From: Lentisphaeria bacterium
GTDB taxonomy: Bacteria; Verrucomicrobiota; Lentisphaeria; Victivallales; UBA1829
Assembly: GCA_017455665.1 (NCBI GenBank)
Contig: JAFSZN010000115.1
Coordinates: 1-62,294 of the forward strand
Length of the DNA stretch: 62,294 nucleotides
Reading direction: 5' to 3'
This document shows positions 36,150 through 45,339 of this stretch, piece by piece (positions within the stretch are counted from its first letter, which is position 1; each line of letters opens with the position of its first letter). The notes under the pieces were generated by a model. It saw nothing but the letters and a program-made list of their open reading frames with translations. It was not told where the DNA came from and searched no databases. The position numbers and the translations under genes were made by a program.

Positions 36150-36737
36150 TCACCCCCAGATGCTTCTTCCCCAAAGTCCATTGGATTTCAGTTCGGCGCG
36201 CTGCGTCACATAGTTCCCGGCGATTCCGGCCACTTTCCCGGTCGTTCCGGCTGCCTGTCCGACCAGAGACAGGGCAAGGGAAGAACCGGACGGCTTTTGT
36301 GCGCGCGCGACGCCAGCCTGATACTGGTACATTTTCGCCTGTTCCCTGTGGTTCTGAACAGCCTGATACCCGCCAACATGCGCGTCCTGTACTTTCAGTT
36401 CCTCGTTCATGGCCGTTGCGCCGAGGATCGCCAGCGGGCTTCCGCTGGTCATGGCTGCGCCGGATTTGCCGAGTAAAGCCCGCTGCTGGGCTTTCAGGTA
36501 TTCGCTTTGCTCGCGCTGCCGCCGCGCGTTTTCATCGTTTTCCCGTTCCAGACGGCTCGCTTCGCGCTCTTCGAGGCGTTTATTGTATTCGGCCTGTTCC
36601 GCTTGCATTTCCGCATTGGCGCGCGCCTGATTGTGCTGCTGGATGCCAGCGACGCCGCCGACCACACCGCCGACGATTGCCGTGGTTGCGGCCACCGCCG
36701 TCGCGATTGTCAAAGCTGTACCAAGTGAGATAGCCAT
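36150..36737 (-). CDS. internal virion protein, gp14-position (N-terminal TM plus coiled coil)
   Basis: MAISLGTALTIATAVAATTAIVGGVVGGVAG TM segment followed by a charged coiled coil. The call is positional. Confidence 0.55.
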   Translation of the reverse strand: MAISLGTALTIATAVAATTAIVGGVVGGVAGIQQHNQARANAEMQAEQAEYNKRLEEREASRLERENDENARRQREQSEYLKAQQRALLGKSGAAMTSGSPLAILGATAMNEELKVQDAHVGGYQAVQNHREQAKMYQYQAGVARAQKPSGSSLALSLVGQAAGTTGKVAGIAGNYVTQRAELKSNGLWGRSIWG

Positions 36738-36740
36738 ATT

Positions 36741-37181
36741 TTATCCTTTCTCGTTAAGAAGTTTGAATTTCGTTTCGCATGTTTCTCCGTTTTGGAATCC
36801 CGAACGGTCAAGAATCCGGTTTAATCCGCGGTTCCCGTAGCACGTCAGCAGGCATTTCGCTCCGTTCTGCCGCGCATAGGCCGGAATCGCGTTTACCAGA
36901 AGCCGGATTGCCCTGTGGGATTCCAGCGGGGTATTCCTCGGATTCGCCACCAGCCAGCCGCAATATGCGATAGCCGCCGTTTTCTCGAAGTAGACGAACG
37001 CCACGGCCAGAAGTTCGTGTTTCTCGTTCATCACCACAAGCCCGGTCTGCGGAATCCACATACGCGGGAAATGATAGTTCGCCGCGTGTTCGCCGCACTC
37101 CGCACGAACGCGGGCGTCCATCCATTCCATGGACTGTTCCGCGTCTTCCTGCGTCATGTTGTCGATAAGGAATCCGCTCAT
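36741..37181 (-). CDS. GNAT-like acetyltransferase fold protein (at the T7 gp13 position)
   Basis: LLAVAFVYFEKTAAIAYCGWLVANP...AIRLLVNAIPAYARQNGAKCLL...NRGLNRILDRSGF resembles GNAT motif A/B. Read by eye only. Confidence 0.4.
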   Translation of the reverse strand: MSGFLIDNMTQEDAEQSMEWMDARVRAECGEHAANYHFPRMWIPQTGLVVMNEKHELLAVAFVYFEKTAAIAYCGWLVANPRNTPLESHRAIRLLVNAIPAYARQNGAKCLLTCYGNRGLNRILDRSGFQNGETCETKFKLLNEKG

Positions 37182-39439
37182 TTCTCCACCACCTCGTAGG
37201 TCACGACAATGCTGGTCAGATTGAACGGCATCGGGTCTTTCTGCCGGACGCTCACGTTCGACACCATGGAATATCCGCTGGATGGATTCAGAAGCGAGAC
37301 GTCGCTTTTCAGGGTGATGGCACTGTCAAGGTTATCCAGAATCACGTCGCGGGACTGAATCATCTGCCATTCAGATTCCCCGCTCTTCGCCTCGCCGCCG
37401 ACGCTGTTGTAGTACCGGAGCCGGATTTCTCCGACCGTCTTCTTCCGAAGTAGGCTTTGACCGTTCTGCATCTCGATTTCAAGCGGCATGGTCGTCAGTT
37501 CGCTGGTGTAGCCGAGGCCGTAGACGACAGAAGACGCCGCCGCATGGTCAAGCGTCACGGTCGTCCCGCTCCGCGTGTAGTTGAGTTCTGTCGCGCCGTC
37601 TGCCACCACCTGAATATCCTCTTCGGACAGATAGCTTTCCAGTGTAAAGCCGGAAATGCCGCTTCCCGTGGTCCTCTTCCCGTAGTCCACAAAGAACGTG
37701 TCGTTCCGCGACGCCATTTTCAGGATGCGGACGCTGTCGTTCAGCGAGGCGGCCAGATACAGCACGTCTTCGCTTCCATTCGGCACCACCGCGATAGAAA
37801 GAATCTGTCCTGCGGCCAGTTCATGCCGATGCCATCCGACTACTTCCTGTTCGCGCTCGTAGGTCAGCGCGGCCAGCGTTCCGTTCGACAGCAGACACCA
37901 TAGAATCGTGTCGGGGAGTTGCATCAACGCCGTTTCAACCACGCCGCCCGCCGTGATATGGTCGGCCAGAATCGTCATGTCCGGGCAGTTGTAGCCCTCT
38001 TTTTCCCAGCTGTACACGAATTCCCGCACCTTGCGCGCGCCGCGCTGCACAAATAGAATAGTCTCCCCGGCCATCAGCGCGGGGATTTTGCTTGTTCCGT
38101 AGACGCTTTGCCGCTTCACTTGGAAATTGGTCGGCGTCAGCGCGGAATCGTTGCTGGATGCTGACAGCGTCCATTCCGAATCCGCCGTTCCGATCACCAG
38201 CGCGTTATGCTGGCACATCCAGCCGATTTCATTTATCGTGTCGCTGGCCAGAGTGAAACACAGCCCGTTATCGTCCTTGTCGCCCAGAAGGAAGTTGTCC
38301 CAATCCCCGGTCTTGCTTCCCCATACGGTTTGAGGCTTGAACGCCGTCCCGCCGAACATCATGCGCTCTTCATAATACGCGATACTGCGCGGGAAGCCTC
38401 GGAGCGTGCTGAATGCGCCCTCGCTCCATTCCGCCGTTGCCGCCGTGTCGCCCAGCTTCTTGATGACCGTTGCCGTCGCGCTCGTGCCGGACGACACCGC
38501 CGTAATCTTCACAACGCCCGTCTGCATGAAGCCCGGATTGACGAAGCGGGCTTTGCAAGCCTTGATTGTCCCGGTGCTGGACGCGGAGTAGTCTTCCATT
38601 TTCAGGCGGTACAGAACGCCGTCTTCCTCTTCCTCGCCGCTGGTGGACGTGTTCGTGTCGTTCGTGCTGGAATATGTCCTGAACGGAATCCATGTGTCCC
38701 CGCCGTCAAAACTGCGCTCGATGCTGATGTTTCCCGTCCATGTTCCATGTGTGGAGAACGACCAGAATCCTTTGACTTCAAGGGTGCTGCTCGTGCCATT
38801 TGCGGTGAAGGTCTTGTTGATGTTGTTGTTCTTCCGGGGATGAATCAGTTCGAAAAACGCATTGACGTGACCGGACAGGAATATACTGCTGGTTGCCGTC
38901 AGCGTAACCGTCCCGGTAAGGTCGGACGCCGAGATTTTCAGGGTGTCGTCATTGTTCGGGTCCAGCATCGGCGGGTATTCCCAATCCTTTAGGGTCAGCG
39001 TGAAAACGTCCTCGGCGGTCCGGCGCAGTTCATAGACCGGATGCGCCGGATGAACAATGGTCATCACGTCCGCGCTCTGCACAAACTGGATGTCGCCAAG
39101 TTCGGATTCCGTGTAGACGCTCACCAGTTCAAGCCTCGTTCCGGTCGCCGGGACGGGCGCGCCGTCTTTCCAGAACCGCACATACAGGTTGCCGAACTCG
39201 CAGATATAGGAAATCGTGCTGGAAACCACGAACCGGATAAGCCGAACCGCGCCGCTTCCTTTTGCCTCGCCGCAGTCGAATGTTCCCGGTCGCCGTTCCA
39301 CGCTGCCGTAGGGAGTCACAAAAAAATTCAGAAGACGTTCGCAGCCCTTTCCGTACTGTGAAACGTCATTTCTCCCCAGCATCTTCGGGGAGAGTTCGCC
39401 AGCGTTGAACGAATTGAGGGAGAGATAAAGGGAAGACAT
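37178..39439 (-). CDS. tail tubular protein B / nozzle (T7 gp12-like)
   Basis: The N-terminus LNSFNAGELSPKMLGRNDVSQYGKGCERLLNFFVTPYGSVERRPG parallels the gp12-type N-terminal pattern. 753 aa, directly downstream of the adaptor. Confidence 0.7.
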   Translation of the reverse strand: MSSLYLSLNSFNAGELSPKMLGRNDVSQYGKGCERLLNFFVTPYGSVERRPGTFDCGEAKGSGAVRLIRFVVSSTISYICEFGNLYVRFWKDGAPVPATGTRLELVSVYTESELGDIQFVQSADVMTIVHPAHPVYELRRTAEDVFTLTLKDWEYPPMLDPNNDDTLKISASDLTGTVTLTATSSIFLSGHVNAFFELIHPRKNNNINKTFTANGTSSTLEVKGFWSFSTHGTWTGNISIERSFDGGDTWIPFRTYSSTNDTNTSTSGEEEEDGVLYRLKMEDYSASSTGTIKACKARFVNPGFMQTGVVKITAVSSGTSATATVIKKLGDTAATAEWSEGAFSTLRGFPRSIAYYEERMMFGGTAFKPQTVWGSKTGDWDNFLLGDKDDNGLCFTLASDTINEIGWMCQHNALVIGTADSEWTLSASSNDSALTPTNFQVKRQSVYGTSKIPALMAGETILFVQRGARKVREFVYSWEKEGYNCPDMTILADHITAGGVVETALMQLPDTILWCLLSNGTLAALTYEREQEVVGWHRHELAAGQILSIAVVPNGSEDVLYLAASLNDSVRILKMASRNDTFFVDYGKRTTGSGISGFTLESYLSEEDIQVVADGATELNYTRSGTTVTLDHAAASSVVYGLGYTSELTTMPLEIEMQNGQSLLRKKTVGEIRLRYYNSVGGEAKSGESEWQMIQSRDVILDNLDSAITLKSDVSLLNPSSGYSMVSNVSVRQKDPMPFNLTSIVVTYEVVEK

Positions 39440-39442
39440 GGT

Positions 39443-40081
39443 TTATCCCTCCACAATCTGTTTACCTTCTGTCCCTTCGGTCCAGACGGTGTTCCCGCGC
39501 CGATAGGGGATTCCGCCGCCGCCTCGCGCCTCAATCCAATGGCTGCGCCGCGGGCGCGGTTTCATGTCGTGCCTGTTCTCCGCGCTGTCGATGCTGCGCG
39601 CCACAATAAGACGCCGTTCGTATTCGTTTCGGTAGAAGTTCGCAAGTTGGACGTCTCGCGTGTTTGTTATCACGATTTCGGCGGCAAGCGCGTACTGCAA
39701 GGCCTCAATAAAAAGTTCATCGAACTGCTCCGGGTCTTCCACGCGCCGCACATATTTAATCCGCGCGCCACTCCGCTTCGTCAGAACGCGGTTTCCGACC
39801 AGCCTGTATTCCTCGCCGTCATCCACTTCCAGAATGCGGATAAGGTCGAAAGGCTTGGCGCAGACAAACGGGAAATCAGGCTCCGGGCTTGTTTCCGTGG
39901 TTGTGTTCATATCCTCGTAGGAAAGGGCGAAACTCCACGAGTGATCCCGAAGCACTCTGTCCCGGATTACGGGAAAGAAATTCTTGCACATCCGCGCGTT
40001 TGTGTTTTCATCATCGAATGACGTAATAATTGGCATCCCAATCATCATTAAGGAAAGATTGCAGATTTCAACGGAATTCAA
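39443..40081 (-). CDS. tail tubular protein A / adaptor (T7 gp11-like)
   Basis: ICNLSLMMIGMPIITSFDDENTNARMCKNFFPVIRDRVLRDHSWSFA is the typical adaptor N-terminus. 212 aa. Confidence 0.7.
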   Translation of the reverse strand: MNSVEICNLSLMMIGMPIITSFDDENTNARMCKNFFPVIRDRVLRDHSWSFALSYEDMNTTTETSPEPDFPFVCAKPFDLIRILEVDDGEEYRLVGNRVLTKRSGARIKYVRRVEDPEQFDELFIEALQYALAAEIVITNTRDVQLANFYRNEYERRLIVARSIDSAENRHDMKPRPRRSHWIEARGGGGIPYRRGNTVWTEGTEGKQIVEG

Positions 40082-40107
40082 TTTGCACCTCGCGGACGTT
40101 AAAATGG

Positions 40108-40155
40108 AAAAAAGGGGGCCGTAGGAAACGAGCTGGACCAGAGCTCACGGCCCCC
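40108..40155 (-). terminator. intrinsic terminator after the capsid/decoration unit
   Basis: On the minus strand: GGGGGCCGT...(inner GAGCT/AGCTC stem)...ACGGCCCCC followed by TTTTTT (plus-strand A-run at 40108-40113). Confidence 0.7.
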
Positions 40156-40163
40156 GAGGGGTC

Positions 40164-40595
40164 TTAGTCGATGACGTAGAAAAGATCGAAGGTGATCTTC
40201 TTGTTCGCCGTCAGGGCCTGTGCGCCGGTGGTCATGAAGACCATCGTTTCTTCCGGGCAGACGTAATCGTTGAGAACGTTTGCCGTCAGATTCTTGCTGG
40301 TCTGGCTTGCGCCGGGTGCGGCCGCCGCGAAATACCGGTCATCGTCCAGAGCGTCGCCCACTTTCACCGTGAGGCTGGCATTCTGCCCGGCCTCGAAGTG
40401 AATCTGGGACTGCGGAAGGAGACGCGCGCCTTTCGGCAGACGCGCCAGTTCGATGATGGTTCCGGCTGCGCCGTTCGTGGTCGTGACGACGCCGTGAATC
40501 AGGCGGACGCGTCCGCCGAATTCCGTGGTGCCGAGCTTCGAATCAAGGGCGATCGTGGTCTGTTTGGCCGCGACATTGGACTGGATAATTGCCAT
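40164..40595 (-). CDS. putative capsid decoration/cement protein
   Basis: 143-aa beta-rich protein immediately after the major capsid gene and before a strong terminator. The call is positional. Confidence 0.45.
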   Translation of the reverse strand: MAIIQSNVAAKQTTIALDSKLGTTEFGGRVRLIHGVVTTTNGAAGTIIELARLPKGARLLPQSQIHFEAGQNASLTVKVGDALDDDRYFAAAAPGASQTSKNLTANVLNDYVCPEETMVFMTTGAQALTANKKITFDLFYVID

Positions 40596-40611
40596 GGTTC
40601 AGCTCCTTTCC

Positions 40612-41514
40612 TTAGGCTTCTTCGCAGAAGACCTGAATGACTTTTGCGTCCTCGATGCGGGTGGCGCCGGCCTTCATCTTCGCGAGGGCCTGCCAGTTGT
40701 CGCACTTGTCGGCGCGGGTTTCGACCTTCATGCTGATTTCCTTCGGGATGCAGAGGATGATTCCGCTCTTGCACCACGCGGCACAGGTACGGATGAATCC
40801 GGTTCCGCCGTCCGAAACCTTTTTCAGGCGTCCGGTCGTCACAAATTCGATGCCGTAGAAGCTGTTCGTGCGTCCTTCGCCCAGCGCGCGGATGGCGTCG
40901 TAGTCGCGGGACTTGATATCCGTGCCGCGAACGAGGTCATCAATCTGCTTCTGGGTGACGGCCATGTAGACCTTGTTTTCGGGATCGTCAAGGTCGATGT
41001 CGGCAAGGCCGAATTTGCTGCGGACCTGAATGAGTTTTTCCACGTTCAGGCCGACGTTGCTGGCGGAGCCGCCAGTCGTCACGTCAATCTTCTGCGCGTC
41101 CGGGAAAGCCACGGTCGTCAGGCCGTCTTTGCCTTCATAGGAAACGCCGTCGAAAGCGTTCTCGATGATGATGTCGTCGATAATCCTTCCGAGCGCGAAA
41201 CCGCCCATGCGGACGATGTTGCTGGTCGGGTCGATGAACAGATTGAGGTCGTCCTGCCAATCGACCATATCCGCCCAGATGTATTCACGGGCGTGGATGG
41301 TTCTGCGGTCGAACTGCGTGGGAATCAGCGGGGTGTCGCCGTACTTGCTGTCGCTGCGGACGGCGGCGGTCGGGTGGACGCGGTCGAAGTGTCTCTTCTC
41401 ACCGCGCATTTCTTCGATAGTCACGAAAGAACGGAGACGGCTGCCTTTCTGCTGCGCCATCGTATAGACGTTGCTCCCGTACTGCTTGGCAAAGTTGAGT
41501 TCAAGTTCTGCCAT
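40612..41514 (-). CDS. major capsid protein (HK97-fold type)
   Basis: Start MAELELNFAKQYG (rc cat 41512-41514) with an AGGAG RBS. 300 aa. Position between scaffold and adaptor, with typical capsid-protein composition. Confidence 0.75.
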   Translation of the reverse strand: MAELELNFAKQYGSNVYTMAQQKGSRLRSFVTIEEMRGEKRHFDRVHPTAAVRSDSKYGDTPLIPTQFDRRTIHAREYIWADMVDWQDDLNLFIDPTSNIVRMGGFALGRIIDDIIIENAFDGVSYEGKDGLTTVAFPDAQKIDVTTGGSASNVGLNVEKLIQVRSKFGLADIDLDDPENKVYMAVTQKQIDDLVRGTDIKSRDYDAIRALGEGRTNSFYGIEFVTTGRLKKVSDGGTGFIRTCAAWCKSGIILCIPKEISMKVETRADKCDNWQALAKMKAGATRIEDAKVIQVFCEEA

Positions 41515-41669
41515 TGTTGGGGTCTCCTGATGTAGAGAGGTTTGGTTTTTGCGTGATGACTTTCGTGGTTGCCCGGTTTGCCGGATCACTATTCGGAACC
41601 GCCGTCCCGAATAGAACCGCCGTCAGGGATTCACGCTGGAGTTGCCCCCTTTGTGGTCGTTCTGCTATC

Positions 41670-41678
41670 AATATAGCA
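41670..41678 (-). promoter_or_regulatory. candidate extended -10 element TGCTATATT upstream of the capsid gene
   Basis: The rc of AATATAGCA, embedded in the 6-bp inverted repeat TGCTAT-CAAT-ATAGCA. Lies downstream of two terminators. Confidence 0.3.
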
Positions 41679-41704
41679 TCACGCCCGCATCAAATATTTC
41701 AACG

Positions 41705-41787
41705 AAAAAGGCCAGCCGGAGAAATGCCAAAAATCCGACTGGCCGACTGCATAAGACGATTCGCAAAAATGCGGTGCAGTGCCGCAT
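41705..41787 (-). terminator. two tandem intrinsic terminators after the scaffold gene
   Basis: On the minus strand: ATGCGG...CCGCAT followed by TTTTT (41765-41787), and GGCCAGTCGGA...TCCGGCTGGCC followed by TTTTT (41705-41744). Confidence 0.55.
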
Positions 41788-41872
41788 CAAGGAATGTACC
41801 CGGACCGCGCATCGTCTCGCCGCGCGCCTATGGCTGAATCCGGGCCTCTTCTCGTTCCCCGGTTAAGGCGGG

Positions 41873-42820
41873 TCACTTCTTGCTTGCGTTTGCTTTCGCT
41901 GTGAGAATGCTTGTAACCTCGCGTACACGGGCCTCGTGCATCGGGTGTTCTTTGTTATAGTACGGGTCGTTCATATTGCCGAGGATTTCGTTCAGGCGGG
42001 CGTCCGGGTCGGAAGTCAGATGCGGAGCATCGTTCCCCTTGATGCGGCTTTCGCTCATGCTTGCGCCGATTCCGGCCATAGCACGAATAAACTGGTAGTT
42101 GTTCAGAAGTCCGGCTTTCGCCGCCACTTCCGTCAGCCCGAACGTCTGCATGGCCTTGTTGCACTGCTTGATTACAGCGTCCATCGTGGCGAAGTCGTTG
42201 CCGTACTGCCGCCGCAGTTCTCCGCTCGTTTCGTCCGTTTTCAGTTTCGTCAGCGTCTCGTTGTACTCAACTTGCGCCGCCGCTTCCGCTTCTGCGCTCT
42301 GCCGCTGGACGCGCTCGACATCGAACGCAAGCGCGGCGTTGAACATTTTCTGGTTGAATCCGTTGGCGAACGCGAATTTGCGGAACTCGTTCACCTTGTC
42401 GGCGTCCAGCGTGATTCCTTCCGGCAGTTTCACGCCGTCCGTGGTGTAGTCGTTTTCTCCGTCAGGACGCCCGCAAGCCTTGTAAAAGGCCGCCCAATCC
42501 TCTTCCGTGCTGTTCTCGTTCGGCAGGGCCACTTTGTTCGCGCCGATTGCCCGCTGTGCGTGAACATACGAATTCGCCAGCGCGCCGATGTTCTTGATAT
42601 TGTCAAGGCAGCGTTCGCCGCGGATTCCTTCCGGCAGTCCTTCCCGCCAGTTCGCGGAGAATTCCCCCGCGTCTCCCAGCATCGTCTTGAAATCGAACGG
42701 CGCGGTCTGCGGCGGCGGATTGGTCTGCTGTTCCCCGCCCGTAATGGTCTGATTCGGCTGTACGACCGTCTGCGCTGGTTCAGGTGTTCCGTTCAAAAGT
42801 GTTTCCGGCATGTTTACCAT
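41873..42820 (-). CDS. scaffolding protein
   Basis: 315 aa, helical and acidic, between portal and capsid. The more likely start is the second Met at 42811, which has an AAGGA RBS. Confidence 0.6.
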   Translation of the reverse strand: MVNMPETLLNGTPEPAQTVVQPNQTITGGEQQTNPPPQTAPFDFKTMLGDAGEFSANWREGLPEGIRGERCLDNIKNIGALANSYVHAQRAIGANKVALPNENSTEEDWAAFYKACGRPDGENDYTTDGVKLPEGITLDADKVNEFRKFAFANGFNQKMFNAALAFDVERVQRQSAEAEAAAQVEYNETLTKLKTDETSGELRRQYGNDFATMDAVIKQCNKAMQTFGLTEVAAKAGLLNNYQFIRAMAGIGASMSESRIKGNDAPHLTSDPDARLNEILGNMNDPYYNKEHPMHEARVREVTSILTAKANASKK

Positions 42821-43287
42821 CCTTTCATGTGGCGGATTCTCTTAATAAGAGCTTCCGTCTGTTCCTTGTTTAGTTTGTGTTTTTTGATGTAATCTCCGAA
42901 GCCCGGAGTGTTGACGCCCATTTGTGCGCTGTACGGCGGAAGTTCCTCTTCCGGTATCGAATCAACCAGCCATTCCGCTTCCGTCTGAGGCGCGTCCTGC
43001 TGCTTCGCGGCATTGACGTGTTCAATCGGAATATCCCCGACAAAAACTTTCGCCTTGAACTCGCCCGGAGTTTCCGCTTCCTCTGCGTCCGCGTGGTCTG
43101 TGCTATTATTGCACGAACCACTTTCCTCGACCGGGATGCTGTCCGCGCCGCCGTTTTCCTGAAGGAACGCACGGACTTTCGTTTCCTGCGATTTCTTGCC
43201 CGGTGCCATGACGAGCGTATCGCCGTTCAGTGTCGCCACCAGAACGCCGCGTTCCGACCGGATTTCATTTCCGTTTTTTTGGTACAT
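42814..43287 (-). CDS. hypothetical head-module protein (157 aa)
   Basis: ORF between portal and scaffold on the same strand. Confidence 0.5.
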   Translation of the reverse strand: MYQKNGNEIRSERGVLVATLNGDTLVMAPGKKSQETKVRAFLQENGGADSIPVEESGSCNNSTDHADAEEAETPGEFKAKVFVGDIPIEHVNAAKQQDAPQTEAEWLVDSIPEEELPPYSAQMGVNTPGFGDYIKKHKLNKEQTEALIKRIRHMKGW

Positions 43288-43297
43288 GGTGTTTTCC

Positions 43298-43495
43298 TTA
43301 TTTCAGGAGTTTTTGAATGTGAAGCATGACCGAACGTCTCCCCTGCATATACGCATCTTTGCGGGCGTCCGCGCAGTATTCGGCTTCATCTGCCCGCGTG
43401 AAGTTCGCAAGCTCCGCCAAAACTGCGCGTCCGTTGTCCGTGTCAAATGCGAGGTGAAACGCCAGCCTCAATTTGTTCAGTTCGTCTTCGCTCAT
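43298..43495 (-). CDS. hypothetical small head-module protein (65 aa)
   Basis: ATGA-coupled to the portal stop (43492-43495). Confidence 0.5.
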   Translation of the reverse strand: MSEDELNKLRLAFHLAFDTDNGRAVLAELANFTRADEAEYCADARKDAYMQGRRSVMLHIQKLLK

Positions 43496-45132
43496 ACGCC
43501 CTGGCCCGACATAACCGCGTCAAGCGGACTGCCTTTCTCCGGCGTCTTGCCGAGGTTCGCGCCGAGCGCGGAAGTTCCGGCAAGGAGTTGTTCCGCTGCT
43601 TGCTGCTGCTGCGCCGCTTCCGCCCGTGCCGCCCGCGTGTTGTCGCGGTCTTTCTCGTTCACCAGCCAGTTCGGAGCGCATCCGTTGGCCAAGGCCATAC
43701 TCCGCGCGATTTCGTCCGTATCGAAGTTGTCGATGATATCCGGCTTCACCTGTGCGATATTCATAAGCGAGGCTTCCGTTTGCAGCCAACCCAGCGTTTC
43801 CAGTTTCTTGATGGAAAGCGCGATCTTGCTCACGAACTCGACCTTGTAATCCGGGTTCTCGGCCAGTCTCGGCGGCGGCTGCGGCAGCATCCCGCGCCGA
43901 CAGCATATCCCATAGACGCGATGAATGATGACGCGGAATAGTTCGCTGTGCAGATTCCCGGCGATAGGCGCGAACGGAATCATCTTCCCTTCATTCCTGA
44001 TTTCCGCCTCGGTCGCGGTAATCTGTTTCAGGTCGCCCAGCGGGTCGAAAATATCCCAATAAAAACCATATTTGATTTTCTCGTCAATGGCGGCGATATC
44101 CTCGAACAACGTCCCGAAATTGATGTTGTTCGGGAGCATTTCCGGCTTGCTGCCGTTGATATCCGGCTTGTACGGGATGACCGCGCCGGGGTCACGGTTG
44201 AAATCCTTTGCGATAAGGGAACCGTCCGGCACAAGATAGGTCGGGTCGCTCTGATGTTCGCGCCCCAGAATGTACGCCTCGGACATCCGGTTGGCCATTT
44301 TGATGGTCGGCAGCATGTTCACGCCCGGACCGCGCCCGTAAGTTTCGTTGTCGCTCTTCTCGAAACGGCAGACCGCAAACGGATATTCCTCAAATCCGCC
44401 CTCGTAGATGATGGTGCTGGATTCCTCGTCAATGTAGACGTCAGCGAACGGCATGTTCTTCCGGTCGAGACAGCCTTTTTCGCGGTCGTGGCGCGGAAAG
44501 ACGCCGTGCAGGATTTTGTGTTTCGTGTCCTTCTTGTCCGGGTTTCCGGCCTCTTCGCGGATTTTGTCAGGAAGATGGTCTTCCTCGAACTCCTGCATCA
44601 GCTGGCGCGCCGTCATTTCCACTTCACGGAAAAGCGTATCGACATGCCCGCGCGAATCCTCGCTGTAACACACCGTTTCAATCGGGAACGAGGTGAAACT
44701 CAATACGCTCTGGTCGCCGCCGTCCTCGCAGTAGACTACGGCATCAAGGCCGCAAGCGATGTTGTTCAACGCCTGAATCAGGATGGACGCCCAATTACTG
44801 TTCGCCAGAGATACGGCAACAATCCGCGTCACCTCTCCGAAGTAGTCCTTGACCTCTTCATCCTTCGCCAGTTCGTTGTCCTGCGGGACCAGTTCAAACC
44901 ATCGTTTATCAGGCGGAGCCATCCAGTTGAACATCCCGGCAGCAAGGCGTTCCCTCGCCTCGATTGCGGTGGTGTCGAAGAGGTATTTCCCGCGTACTCC
45001 CCCCTCGGTCTTAAAGTCCGAGTAGGTCGGCATACAGTAACGGCGCGCCTCGCGCCACACTTCCAGCCATAGCCCGTCACGCTTGGCTTTCAGCGCGTTG
45101 TATCGCCGGATGATATCTTTCGGTTCAAGCAT
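43492..45132 (-). CDS. portal (head-to-tail connector) protein, podovirus type
   Basis: 546 aa. The N-terminus DIIRRYNALKAKRDGLWLEVWREARRYCMP...FDTTAIEARERLAAGM is typical of T7-type connector proteins. Confidence 0.8.
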   Translation of the reverse strand: MLEPKDIIRRYNALKAKRDGLWLEVWREARRYCMPTYSDFKTEGGVRGKYLFDTTAIEARERLAAGMFNWMAPPDKRWFELVPQDNELAKDEEVKDYFGEVTRIVAVSLANSNWASILIQALNNIACGLDAVVYCEDGGDQSVLSFTSFPIETVCYSEDSRGHVDTLFREVEMTARQLMQEFEEDHLPDKIREEAGNPDKKDTKHKILHGVFPRHDREKGCLDRKNMPFADVYIDEESSTIIYEGGFEEYPFAVCRFEKSDNETYGRGPGVNMLPTIKMANRMSEAYILGREHQSDPTYLVPDGSLIAKDFNRDPGAVIPYKPDINGSKPEMLPNNINFGTLFEDIAAIDEKIKYGFYWDIFDPLGDLKQITATEAEIRNEGKMIPFAPIAGNLHSELFRVIIHRVYGICCRRGMLPQPPPRLAENPDYKVEFVSKIALSIKKLETLGWLQTEASLMNIAQVKPDIIDNFDTDEIARSMALANGCAPNWLVNEKDRDNTRAARAEAAQQQQAAEQLLAGTSALGANLGKTPEKGSPLDAVMSGQGV

Positions 45133-45135
45133 GGG

Positions 45136-45339
45136 TCAGCCCCCCAGAATGGTTTTCTTCTGCTGGTTGTCCTGCGCCGTGTTTCCGGCCAGTATCGTTT
45201 GATTCCGCCCGTAGTTCCTTGCGTTTTTCTTCCGCTCGGCGCGCGCGGCTCCGGCCACTTCCTGCGTGGAATCGCTCGCGGTCATCGGGGTGGGGTCAGG
45301 GTCGTCAGGGGTTTTCACTTTTGCGGCTTTGGTTCCCAT
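45136..45339 (-). CDS. small basic virion-module protein (67 aa)
   Basis: ORF directly upstream of the portal. An alternative start at 45285 would remove the overlap with the upstream gene. Confidence 0.4.
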   Translation of the reverse strand: MGTKAAKVKTPDDPDPTPMTASDSTQEVAGAARAERKKNARNYGRNQTILAGNTAQDNQQKKTILGG

